A stretch of 64,000 nt of DNA from Candidatus Falkowbacteria bacterium. GTDB taxonomy: Bacteria; Patescibacteriota; Patescibacteriia; Patescibacteriales; UBA12075. Below the pieces are notes generated by a model. That model saw only the letters and a program-made list of their open reading frames with translations, searched no databases and was not told where the DNA came from. The position numbers and the translations under genes were made by a program. The stretch lies in contig JAZDLN010000029.1 in assembly GCA_043801965.1 (NCBI GenBank), forward strand, positions 1,587 through 65,586. Reading direction: 5' to 3'. Positions 16,619 through 25,261 of the stretch are shown here, one piece after another (positions within the stretch are counted from its first letter, which is position 1; every line of letters begins with the position of its first letter).

Positions 16619-18559
16619 ATGAAAAAACTTATTGCGGCAATGGGAGACAGATGTCTGTCTGTCGGAATAAAACTTAAAGAACCGCTAGTTTCTTTGCTGG
16701 TATTCTTCGTGCTTTTTAATCTTTTTTCTCCGCTGCTTTACTATGGCCAGGAATACGTTTGGAAAAAACTGGTGCTTTTTAACATGTTCTTCGGTGGTCT
16801 GGCTCTTTTTCTGACCGGACTTGAATACATGAGCCGAAGCCTGCAAAAATGCGCCGGTGAATCCATGAGATCGATCCTTTCGGCCATTACAACAAGTCCG
16901 GCCAAGGGTCTTTTGGCCGGCGGCCTGGTTACGGCCATAATCCAAACGTCGGCGGGCACGATCATAATCCTTTTATCCTTCGTGCAGGCGCGCATGATGA
17001 CTTTTGTAGAGACCCTGGGCGTTATGCTGGGCGCCGATATCGGTACGACGATAACCGCCTGGCTGGTTTCGATGAAAATCTCCGGCCTTCCCTGGGCATT
17101 TATCGGCTTGGGATTTTTAATACTGGCTTTCCGGGGGGCGAAGATAAAATATCTGAGTATGGCACTCATATGCTTCGGTGCGCTTTTTCTCGGTATTGAA
17201 GCGATGAGCGCGGTTATGAAGCCACTTCAAAATGACGTCCATATCAAATCTTTTATCCATCTGATCGAAACGCCGTATAGCGGCTGGGCGCTCGGGATAC
17301 TTCTGGGCGCGTCTTTGACCGCGGCCACAATGTCTTCAAGCGCTACGACCGGCATGGTCGTGGTTTTGGCTTCCGGCAGCCTTATTACTCTCGGAGCTGC
17401 TGTTCCTTTTATCCTGGGGACCAATATCGGCAGCTGCCTGCCGATAGTCATCGCTTCCGTCAAATATTCCCGCGACGCCAAACGCGTCGCCCTGGCCCAT
17501 GTTATCTTTAAGGTAGCGGGCGTTGCTCTGTTCTTCTTTTTCATTCCGCAATTCATCCGGCTGACCGAGGTCGTAAGCGTCCGTCTGGCCCTTTCTTCGG
17601 GACAGCAGGCGGCGGCCGCGCACACGATCTTTAACGTTATCATGTCCCTGGCGTTCCTGCCTTTCATAAAACTGGCGCCCTTTTTCCCGAAGATCATTTA
17701 TCGGCTTCTGCCAATAAGGGAGAACGAGAAGGAAGTCAAGCTTATCAATACCGGGCTGGACCAAAGTTTTATCAGGAATGGCATGACCGATACCGCCCTG
17801 GACCAGGTAAGAAAAAGGACGGTAGAGATGCTCAAACTCGTCAATCGGATGCTTTCCGCCATCATCATTCCTTTCATATCGGACGAAAAATTCATCCGCC
17901 GGGACACCTCTCTCTCCATTGAAGAAAAAGAGGCCTTCATTAAAGCTATCCCCAAAGAAGACGAGGAGTATCCCGGCTGGACGCTTTTAGAGGGAATAAC
18001 CAGGCGCGAAAACGCCGTTGACGAAATGGAACAGGAAACCAAGGAATACCTTCTTAAGATAATCATGCAGGAGCTGAAAGACGAATCGAGCGCGTTTAAG
18101 GCCCAGGCCCTGATCATTGCGGCTGAAGAGATCGAGGCGATCGGGGATATCATCCACCGGATCATGATGCAAAAACTCCTGAAAGAAAAAAAGCGCGATC
18201 TCAGATACGACTTTTCACTTGAGGGCAAGGAAGAGCTTATGCTTTTCCACAGCAAGATATGCAAGCAGCTTAAAAGAATGATCAACATCATTGATGGCTT
18301 CGAGGTAAAACGGGCGAGCCAGTTGTTCGAGGAAAAAAGGATCGAATACAAAAACCTGGAAAACGCCCTCCAGAATCTTCATCTGTCGAGGCTAAAACAG
18401 GGCCGGATCGAATCGAGAGAAACGGACGAACTTCACAAAGACCTGTTCGCGCAATTAAAGCAGATCAACTACCACATCATGAAAATCGCGAAAACGGTTC
18501 ACGATGCCTGGAAAGAACCGATGAAGGAAGGCCAGACGGCCGAGGAGGAAAACCGATGA
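16619..18559 (+). CDS. Na+/phosphate cotransporter family protein with C-terminal PhoU-like helical domain
   Basis: Duplicated Na/Pi motifs (QTSAGTIIILLSFV, GADIGTTITAW / GTNIGSCLP) followed by a ~280-aa helical cytoplasmic tail. Confidence 0.8.
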   Translation: MKKLIAAMGDRCLSVGIKLKEPLVSLLVFFVLFNLFSPLLYYGQEYVWKKLVLFNMFFGGLALFLTGLEYMSRSLQKCAGESMRSILSAITTSPAKGLLAGGLVTAIIQTSAGTIIILLSFVQARMMTFVETLGVMLGADIGTTITAWLVSMKISGLPWAFIGLGFLILAFRGAKIKYLSMALICFGALFLGIEAMSAVMKPLQNDVHIKSFIHLIETPYSGWALGILLGASLTAATMSSSATTGMVVVLASGSLITLGAAVPFILGTNIGSCLPIVIASVKYSRDAKRVALAHVIFKVAGVALFFFFIPQFIRLTEVVSVRLALSSGQQAAAAHTIFNVIMSLAFLPFIKLAPFFPKIIYRLLPIRENEKEVKLINTGLDQSFIRNGMTDTALDQVRKRTVEMLKLVNRMLSAIIIPFISDEKFIRRDTSLSIEEKEAFIKAIPKEDEEYPGWTLLEGITRRENAVDEMEQETKEYLLKIIMQELKDESSAFKAQALIIAAEEIEAIGDIIHRIMMQKLLKEKKRDLRYDFSLEGKEELMLFHSKICKQLKRMINIIDGFEVKRASQLFEEKRIEYKNLENALQNLHLSRLKQGRIESRETDELHKDLFAQLKQINYHIMKIAKTVHDAWKEPMKEGQTAEEENR

Positions 18560-18936
18560 AAAAAATCTTCGTTATTTGTCCGGTACGCGGCGCCGATAAG
18601 GATGTGTCGGCGAAAATAAAGGACTATATCGCTAAGTTAGAACGAAGCGGCTGCCAGGCGCACTGGCCGCCGCGCGATACCGACCAGGCCGACCCGGTCG
18701 GAGACCGGATATGCCGCGATAATCTGGGCGCGATCCTCGCGTGCGACGAGATCCATATCTGGTACGACCCGTCCTCGGCTGGTTCGCACTTCGACTTGGG
18801 CGGCGCGTTCATGCTGATCGAAATTCTCGGACACAAGAAAAAATTTGTCCTGATTAATTCCGACGCTCCGGTCATTCCCGGAAAAAGCTTTTTAAACGTA
18901 ATCCGCTATCTGGCGGAAAAAACCAAAGATTTCTAA
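18556..18936 (+). CDS. Nucleoside 2-deoxyribosyltransferase-like (Rossmann/flavodoxin-like) small protein
   Basis: KIFVICPVRG...CDEIHIWYDPSSAGSHFDLGGAFML resembles the NDT-family pattern. The ATG overlaps the stop of the transporter gene (ATGA at 18556-18559). Confidence 0.4.
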   Translation: MKKIFVICPVRGADKDVSAKIKDYIAKLERSGCQAHWPPRDTDQADPVGDRICRDNLGAILACDEIHIWYDPSSAGSHFDLGGAFMLIEILGHKKKFVLINSDAPVIPGKSFLNVIRYLAEKTKDF

Positions 18937-19035
18937 AAGAAAATAACGGTCCTTAAACCAGGGGCCGTTTTTTGTTTTTGTCAGATAAAAATAAAAAAGA
19001 CCGCGCTTGTTCGCGGCCGGATTATTATTTTATTT

Positions 19036-19770
19036 TTAAGCCCAATGGCGTTCACGCCTGTCCTTCTTTCTGAAATACTTTTTAATATAGTTAAGTTCTT
19101 TGCGAGCGTCCCGTTCGGGATCCGGGCACGCGCTCTCGATGATCATCGGCGCGTCAAGGTTATAGATCGCGTCGAGGATTTTCGTCTGCTTCGTCCTGTA
19201 AAGAAGTTCGTGGTATCCCTGATAACCGCTTACGTGGATCTCGGCCAGACGGTCCCTGAAAGCCTCGATCATTTCCGAGGCCAGCTTAAGGGTCGGGTCG
19301 TTGGCGAAGCAGTGGTTGATATCAAGGACGAAGCGGCAATCCAATTTATCGAAAGCGTTTTTAAGGTCGCTTACGCCGCGGTAGCTTTTCTTGCGGTTAT
19401 CAAGGTTTTCTATGGCGGCCGGGATATCAAATTCGGAAAAAACGTTCCAGTCGTCGATCAGATCCGGATGAAACACGACCAGATCGACCTGAAGACGCGC
19501 GCAGGCTTTTTCGATCCTGCAGAGCAGGTCTCTCGTGGCCTGATCGTCGGCGAACCTTGTGTTGCGGCAGGGGGCGTGGATCGAAACGTGGTCGAACGCC
19601 CGTACGTCCGACAAACCTATATCGTCTAGCCTTTCAGCCTCCGCTTTTCCCCCGACGCAGTTGATCTCCACGGCCCGGCAACCAACCCGGCGGCAAAGCC
19701 TGAGCGCCCGCGGCGATACCGGCGGTACGGTTTCGTAAGCAAATCCGCTTGTTAAACCGATGATCGGCAC
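19036..19770 (-). CDS. Xylose-isomerase-like TIM-barrel protein (sugar-phosphate isomerase/epimerase or AP-endonuclease-2 fold)
   Basis: VEINC..., HVSIHAP, VVFHPD, ENLD, LDINHC and IHVSGY show the beta-strand-end acid/His pattern. GTG start at 19768-19770, preceded by GGAGGTG. Confidence 0.55.
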   Translation of the reverse strand: MPIIGLTSGFAYETVPPVSPRALRLCRRVGCRAVEINCVGGKAEAERLDDIGLSDVRAFDHVSIHAPCRNTRFADDQATRDLLCRIEKACARLQVDLVVFHPDLIDDWNVFSEFDIPAAIENLDNRKKSYRGVSDLKNAFDKLDCRFVLDINHCFANDPTLKLASEMIEAFRDRLAEIHVSGYQGYHELLYRTKQTKILDAIYNLDAPMIIESACPDPERDARKELNYIKKYFRKKDRRERHWA

Positions 19771-19955
19771 ATCACACCTCCAATGTTAAATCTATTTATT
19801 TAAAAAGCCGGTGACCACAATTTAACACACCATCGGTATTTGTCAATTTATAAGGTTACAAAAAAATATGCGGTCCGTAGCTGTTATTATTATCGTATTT
19901 GTAAAAATTTAGCCAACAACAAACAAAAAATATCACTTATCCCCAGTATTTAGGA

Positions 19956-19984
19956 TTGACAAAATCTTCGTATTTTGCTACAAT
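19956..19984 (+). promoter_or_regulatory. Strong sigma70-like promoter
   Basis: TTGACA (19956-19961), exactly 17 nt, then TACAAT (19979-19984) with TG at the extended -10 position. Confidence 0.6.
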
Positions 19985-20113
19985 AAGAATAGATAATCAA
20001 AAAATACAAAAATACAAACAAAAATGAACGCAGTAGCTTCAATATCCCGAGCTGATACCCTCTTTATCGGCCATATCAGCTGGCGATATTACAATAAAAT
20101 AAAAAAGAAGGCA

Positions 20114-20347
20114 ATGGAACAGGAATTCAGCTGGTCTGGATTCTTACTAAGCATGTCCATTGCTTTTTTTATTGTTGTTGGGGGCGCTTTTTCGCTCAAT
20201 TTAATGCACGATTCGATACAAAATTCGCAAATCATGAAACAGCATAATATTATCTATATATTGGAAAACTCCAACGAAAACTACCTGCAGGCTGATCTTT
20301 TGAGCGAAAAACTGGAAAATCTCCGTTCTTTCACGCGTAACGCGTAG
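20114..20347 (+). CDS. Small single-pass membrane protein (hypothetical)
   Basis: ATG at 20114 preceded by AAGAAGG. One TM segment (FLLSMSIAFFIVVGGAFSL). The longer track ORF from 20024 includes a leader hairpin AGCTGATA-N16-TATCAGCT. Confidence 0.35.
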   Translation: MEQEFSWSGFLLSMSIAFFIVVGGAFSLNLMHDSIQNSQIMKQHNIIYILENSNENYLQADLLSEKLENLRSFTRNA

Positions 20348-20349
20348 TT

Positions 20350-20640
20350 TTTTACCTGATTTCAGTCCGTCTTAAGCGGTCTGAAACCAGTTAATAAACG
20401 ATCGTTTATTATCTGAATAAATAATGCGGCCAAGACTTTGGCGCCGCACGTAAAATCTTCATCTGGTTCTTTGTAAGAGGAACGCCCTCAAAATTCATGG
20501 CTGCGTCAGTCGCAGAACAACTATAAATCTGCCAACTACTAACGCAGCCTCCTCTTCTTTGCTTCACCAGCCGTCCGGCTGGCGGCGCAAAGCATGGGGA
20601 TGCTACTAAAACACCGCCGGACTCCATAAGCGGTGTTTTT
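20350..20640 (+). ncRNA. Candidate structured non-coding RNA or regulatory RNA, class unknown
   Basis: A chain of strong helices ends in a canonical terminator (AACACCGC-N12-GCGGTGTT + T5). No credible ORF is present. See findings. Confidence 0.5.
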
Positions 20641-20648
20641 ATATTTAG

Positions 20649-20676
20649 TTGACTTTTTGTTTTATTGTCTTACAAT
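20649..20676 (+). promoter_or_regulatory. Candidate promoter of the ASCH-domain gene
   Basis: TTGACT (20649-20654), 16 nt, then TACAAT (20671-20676). Confidence 0.45.
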
Positions 20677-20729
20677 ATAAGTACGTAACTTTAGAAATTT
20701 AAAAAACAAACAAAAAGGAGGGCTTCCCC

Positions 20730-21107
20730 GTGTCTTATCGCGAATCGCATAAAGTTCTGGTTTTTGCCGGAGAGCACTTTGAACCGACGCTATGGGGCAT
20801 AAAACAGATAACAATCCGCAAATACCGACCGGAAGCGCACGATTTTAAAAAAGACGAACTCGTGATCGGCGAATTCCTGAACGGTTATGACATGCTGCTC
20901 CAAATTCTTGCCGACACCGAAACGGTGCCGTTTCACGATTTGCCCGACCAAACAGCGCGGGAAGACGGATATAAAAACCGCGAAGAAACTTTTCTGGATC
21001 TTAAAAAATACTACCCCGACTTGACTAAAAACGAAAAAATCGCCATTATCCGCTATCGAACAGTCGGATATACGCCTTTGGGCCGCAATAAACATTACTC
21101 CGAATAA
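20730..21107 (+). CDS. ASCH-domain protein
   Basis: GIKQITIRKYRPE...FHDLPDQTAREDGY...IAIIRY follows the ASCH pattern (K-x-x-T-x-R, acidic/aromatic C-terminal half). GTG start preceded by AAAGGAGGG. Confidence 0.55.
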   Translation: MSYRESHKVLVFAGEHFEPTLWGIKQITIRKYRPEAHDFKKDELVIGEFLNGYDMLLQILADTETVPFHDLPDQTAREDGYKNREETFLDLKKYYPDLTKNEKIAIIRYRTVGYTPLGRNKHYSE

Positions 21108-21206
21108 ACGGAAAATGTTAGCTTTTTAAGCTAACTTTTTTATTTTCCCGAATTATAGTATAATATAATATAACGGGTCGGATAAACCTGTTTTCGTTTG
21201 ATTCAT

Positions 21207-23894
21207 ATGTATTTGGAAAAATTGGAAATATTAGGCTTTAAATCGTTCGCCAACAAGAACGTTCTTTTGTTTCCCGGCATGCTCGATCAGAGCCGGCGGG
21301 GGATAACCGCGGTGGTCGGACCGAACGGATCGGGAAAATCGAACGTGGCCGACGCTGTCCGCTGGGCTTTGGGCGAACAAAGCATGAAAACCCTCAGAGG
21401 TAAAAAATCAGAGGATATTATCTTTTCCGGATCGGACAAGAAGGGTAAGCTGGGCATGGCCGAAGTATCCCTTTTTCTGAATAACGATGACCGCAAGGCA
21501 CCGATCGATTTTTCGGAAGTGGTTCTGACCCGCCGGCTTTACCGGAACGGCGACTCCGAATACATGATCAACAACAACCGCGTGCGCCTCTCCGATATCC
21601 AGATGCTCCTCGCTAAAGCCAGTTTCGGACAGAAGACCTACAGCGTGATCGGGCAGGGTATGGTTGAAGGCTTCCTTAATACAACTTTAGCCGAACGCAA
21701 GGAATTCTTCGATGAGGCCACCGGCGTCCGACAATACCAGATAAAAAGGGACGAGTCCTTAAATAAGCTTCGTGGCAGCTACGAAAACCTGACTCAGGCG
21801 GGGATGCTCATTACCGAGATCGAACCGCGGCTTAAAAGCCTGACGCGGCAGGTAAGCCGCCTGCAAAAACGGGGCGAAGCGGAAACCGAATTGCGCGCGC
21901 TCCAAATTGAATACTACGGCCGGGTCTGGCACGACATAAACGATAAATTCTCCGATTATAATAACCGTTTTCTGGAACTTGAAAAAATCAGGCTGGTCAA
22001 AGAGAAAAAACTCTCCGGCCTTAACCATGACCTTGATAAAATGAAAGAGGAGAGCGGAACCGGAAGCGAATATTCCGCCCTCGAAAGCGACCTTAACCGG
22101 GAACAGCTTACAAAAGAAGGAATAAACCGGAAGCTGGCGCGCCTGGACGCGCAGATGGAAATGAAGCTTGAAGCCGGCGGACAGTTCGACCTCTCATTCC
22201 TTGTTTCTAAAAAAGGAGAACTTAAAAACGAGATCAGCGCAATCGAGAAAGAGATCGTTTCCCTGAAAAACGCTATGGCACCCGACAGCGCCCGCGGCAC
22301 GGAACTCTCTGAAGAAAAAGCCGGTATAGACCGCGAGATCGGCCGTCTCAACGGCCTTATGGCCGAGGTTGGAAAAAGCGCGGAGAACACAGGAAAATTC
22401 CGGGGCGATGACCGGCTGCGCGGCGTCCTTGATAAGATCGGACTGATAGAAGCGGAAACCGACCTTGATGCCGTAAAAAAACTGATAACCGAAATAAAAG
22501 GCGAAATCAGCGATATTCTTGATGGCGCTGACCGCGAAAAGGACGGCGAAAAGAACGAGAAACGTTTCGCGGAAATCCACGAATCATTGAACGCGCTGGC
22601 TCAAAAGAAAGAAGAGATACTTAAAAGAATAAATGAAAATAATCTGCGCGTTTCGGCCCGCGCCGAGCGGGTAAAGCTATTGGAAGAAAAAAACAGAGGA
22701 CTCGAAAGCGAAGCGGCGGCCATCGAGAATAAGATAAAGCAGGCTTCCGGCAATATCGATTTTCGGGATACGGAAAAAGAAAAATCCGGCCTCGAGGAGG
22801 AGCTAGCTTCGGTCGAGGGCAGGATCATGATCATAAAAGAAAAGATCGCGGCCTTAAGCGCGGCGGAAGAGGAAAAAAGACGGCGGCTTTTCTCCCTTCA
22901 GAAAAATCTTCAGGATCTTCAGAACGAGATAAATCTCATGAATAACCAGCTGAATGAACACAAAATTAATTCCACCCGCTATGAGACGCGGCTGGAAAGC
23001 CTAGAGATAGAGATTCGGGAAGAATTAGGCGGAATGGAGAAGATAAAAAACTTCCACTCGGCAATGCCCGCTGAAGAAACCTTCGACCTGGAAGCCGCCC
23101 ACGAAAAAATCAAGCAACTAAAAAGGCAGCTTGAACTAATCGGCGGAATCGACCCGCAGGTTGAGGAAGAGTATAAAGAAACAAAAGAAAGGTATGATTT
23201 TCTTTCCGGGCAGGTAAACGATCTTACCGGCGCTATCGATTCGCTTCAGAAGATAATCAAAGAGCTTGATGTCACGATCAAGGAAAAATTCGACAAGGAA
23301 TTCAAGCTGATCGCGGAAAAATTCCAGGAATATTTCAAGATCCTCTTTAACGGCGGCCAGGCTAAGATAGTTAAGGTGATCGAAGAGGAGGAGAAAGATG
23401 AGGTTCCGGCGGCCGGAAAAGAAGGGGAAGAGGGTGATGAAAAAGAGAAAAAGGACGCTTTCGCGGACAAAACCGCGGCCGACCTCAAAAAAATAAAATT
23501 CCTGCAGAAACATAACGCCACCGGCCTGGCCGGAATCGAGATCCAGGCGACCCCCCCGGGAAAAAAGATCCAGACGGTAACGATGCTTTCCGGCGGCGAA
23601 CGCGCTTTAACCGCGATCGCCCTGATTTGCGCTATCATAAGCGCCAACCCTTCGCCTTTCGTGGTTTTGGACGAAGTTGACGCGGCCCTGGACGAAGCTA
23701 ATTCCGAGCGCCTGGCCCGGATATTGGACGATCTTTCCCATAAAACCCAATTCATCGTCATAACCCACAACCGCGCCAGCATGCGCCGCGCCAATATTCT
23801 CTACGGCATTACCATGGGCGATGACGGCGTCTCCAAACTCTTGTCCATAAAACTCGAGGAAGCCAAGGGTGTGGTGGAGAAGTTTGGGAGATAA
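21207..23894 (+). CDS. smc: Chromosome segregation protein SMC, short form
   Basis: N-terminal head MYLEKLEILGFKSF...VVGPNGSGKSNVADAVRWALGEQS. C-terminal head LSGGERALTAIALICAI...FVVLDEVDAALD...ITHNR. Long heptad-rich middle. Start at the ATG at 21207. Confidence 0.85.
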   Translation: MYLEKLEILGFKSFANKNVLLFPGMLDQSRRGITAVVGPNGSGKSNVADAVRWALGEQSMKTLRGKKSEDIIFSGSDKKGKLGMAEVSLFLNNDDRKAPIDFSEVVLTRRLYRNGDSEYMINNNRVRLSDIQMLLAKASFGQKTYSVIGQGMVEGFLNTTLAERKEFFDEATGVRQYQIKRDESLNKLRGSYENLTQAGMLITEIEPRLKSLTRQVSRLQKRGEAETELRALQIEYYGRVWHDINDKFSDYNNRFLELEKIRLVKEKKLSGLNHDLDKMKEESGTGSEYSALESDLNREQLTKEGINRKLARLDAQMEMKLEAGGQFDLSFLVSKKGELKNEISAIEKEIVSLKNAMAPDSARGTELSEEKAGIDREIGRLNGLMAEVGKSAENTGKFRGDDRLRGVLDKIGLIEAETDLDAVKKLITEIKGEISDILDGADREKDGEKNEKRFAEIHESLNALAQKKEEILKRINENNLRVSARAERVKLLEEKNRGLESEAAAIENKIKQASGNIDFRDTEKEKSGLEEELASVEGRIMIIKEKIAALSAAEEEKRRRLFSLQKNLQDLQNEINLMNNQLNEHKINSTRYETRLESLEIEIREELGGMEKIKNFHSAMPAEETFDLEAAHEKIKQLKRQLELIGGIDPQVEEEYKETKERYDFLSGQVNDLTGAIDSLQKIIKELDVTIKEKFDKEFKLIAEKFQEYFKILFNGGQAKIVKVIEEEEKDEVPAAGKEGEEGDEKEKKDAFADKTAADLKKIKFLQKHNATGLAGIEIQATPPGKKIQTVTMLSGGERALTAIALICAIISANPSPFVVLDEVDAALDEANSERLARILDDLSHKTQFIVITHNRASMRRANILYGITMGDDGVSKLLSIKLEEAKGVVEKFGR

Positions 23895-23947
23895 TTCGAG
23901 AAGATTTTATTAAAAAAATTGTTTAAAGCTTAGGATTTTAATATTAT

Positions 23948-24268
23948 ATGGTCAGTTCTGATCTGAGAGTTAAAATTTTCGAATATCTCGAAGCGACCGC
24001 CAAGGCAGCCGGCTTTGCCGATCCGAAGAGCATCCCTGAGATCATCGGCGCCATCATCGGCGTTTTTTTGTCGCTTCTCGGGATTATTTTACTTTGCCTT
24101 ATTATTTACGGCGGCTATCTCTGGATGACTTCGGCCGGGAACGAACCGAAGGTATATAAGGCGAAGCAGGTACTCACTAACGCGACCATCGGCCTTATTA
24201 TCGTCCTCTCCGCCTACGGGATCACGCAGTTCGTCTTTACCGCCCTCCACGGCGCGACGCATCAGTAA
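23948..24268 (+). CDS. VirB2/TrbC-like 'T4SS pilin' family small membrane protein
   Basis: Two TM helices flank MTSAGNEPKVYKAKQVL. Compare GGAMFLVSSGNSDTVNKGKQVLIGAVIGL in 6710..7144. Confidence 0.55.
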   Translation: MVSSDLRVKIFEYLEATAKAAGFADPKSIPEIIGAIIGVFLSLLGIILLCLIIYGGYLWMTSAGNEPKVYKAKQVLTNATIGLIIVLSAYGITQFVFTALHGATHQ

Positions 24269-24295
24269 ATTTCGAATGACGAATGACGAGTATCG

Positions 24296-24317
24296 AACGC
24301 CCCTTCGGGGTTTTTTT
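24296..24317 (+). terminator. Intrinsic terminator
   Basis: GCCCC-TTC-GGGG followed by a T7 run. Confidence 0.6.
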
Positions 24318-24456
24318 CGTATTGCGGGCATGAAAAATTTTTCTTTAACCGCGAGCGCGGTCGCATCAAAAAACATAGTTCATTGCCGTGTGTATGCGCC
24401 TTTTTATTTGCGGAAATTATAGATATTGGTGTAAAATTATAAAGTAATTTATATTT

Positions 24457-24639
24457 ATGGATAATTTTACGACAGAAGAATTAGAAGAGGCTCTCCGGGC
24501 GATAACCTCAACTATCGGCAAATGCGAGAAGGTACTTCCCAAACTAACGCGAGGCACTTCTCAGCACACCCTGCTCACGCGCCGGATCAAGGCGTTAAAT
24601 ATTGCGTCGGCGTTAATAAAAAGAGAATTAAAACATTAA
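24457..24639 (+). CDS. Small helical hypothetical protein
   Basis: 60-aa ORF in an AT-rich island. No motif recognised. Confidence 0.35.
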   Translation: MDNFTTEELEEALRAITSTIGKCEKVLPKLTRGTSQHTLLTRRIKALNIASALIKRELKH

Positions 24640-24714
24640 TTAAAACAAGCGTCTGACGCGACAGGCAAAGGCTTTTGATTTTTACAATTTTAGTAATCTA
24701 TTATAGAAAATTAT

Positions 24715-24981
24715 ATGACAGAAAACATTAAAGATCTGATAAAAATGTTTAACGCCTTGCCGGCAGAAGAACAGAAAAGACTGGCAAAGGAAAAGCGGGA
24801 AATAACGAAACAAAATTTTCAAATCGAAAATTTGAATAATCACGAAATCTCATTAATGAACGAATTCGCTGATTTTTGTGCGGAAAAAAACGTTACCCCG
24901 TCAAAAAGGCAGGCTGGCAAACTCAGAGAAGAATATTTTAAGTGGTACAACGAAAGGTACGATAAATTACCAGAGCAATAA
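24715..24981 (+). CDS. Hypothetical protein
   Basis: 88-aa charged helical ORF. No motif recognised. Confidence 0.35.
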   Translation: MTENIKDLIKMFNALPAEEQKRLAKEKREITKQNFQIENLNNHEISLMNEFADFCAEKNVTPSKRQAGKLREEYFKWYNERYDKLPEQ

Positions 24982-25031
24982 TAATCAAGCGTTGACCGTG
25001 AAAATATCTTAATTACAAACATTAAAACATT

Positions 25032-25226
25032 ATGACGTGCTGTAATTGCGGCGAATGTTGCAGGGGATTGTATTGGTCCGACAGGATCAAGATCTCCCTA
25101 AAAACTAAATCCCTGATGCTTTCAAGAGTTTGTAAGTTTTTAGACGACCGGAATTTGTGCAAAATTTATTCTGACAGGCCAGCTATTTGCAAGAATTTTA
25201 AGTGCGGCGCTTCAATACGGGGATAG
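25032..25226 (+). CDS. YkgJ/UPF0153-type cysteine-cluster mini-protein
   Basis: CCNCGECC...CKFLDDRNLCKIYSDRPAICKNFKC matches the CxxCxxCC ... C-x-I-Y-x-x-R-P-x-x-C pattern. Confidence 0.5.
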   Translation: MTCCNCGECCRGLYWSDRIKISLKTKSLMLSRVCKFLDDRNLCKIYSDRPAICKNFKCGASIRG

Positions 25227-25261
25227 TTTTACTTAATACACACAAAAACAAGTTAAATCAT

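Noticed and set aside
20409-20627. 72-aa antisense ORF in the 20.35-20.64 kb intergenic region
   Set aside because: It has an odd composition and no RBS. It lies entirely within a region better explained by plus-strand RNA helices ending in an intrinsic terminator.
20350-20640. Possible identity as tmRNA, SRP RNA or RNase P RNA
   Set aside because: For tmRNA, there is no T-arm (GGTTCGAnTCC), no CCA acceptor end and no plausible Ala-resume tag ending in hydrophobic residues. For SRP RNA, the only tetraloop helix (CCAGCC-GTCC-GGCTGG) lacks the GGAA/AGCA domain-IV signature. For RNase P, no GGAAAGTCCGG P4 sequence is present and the length is too short.
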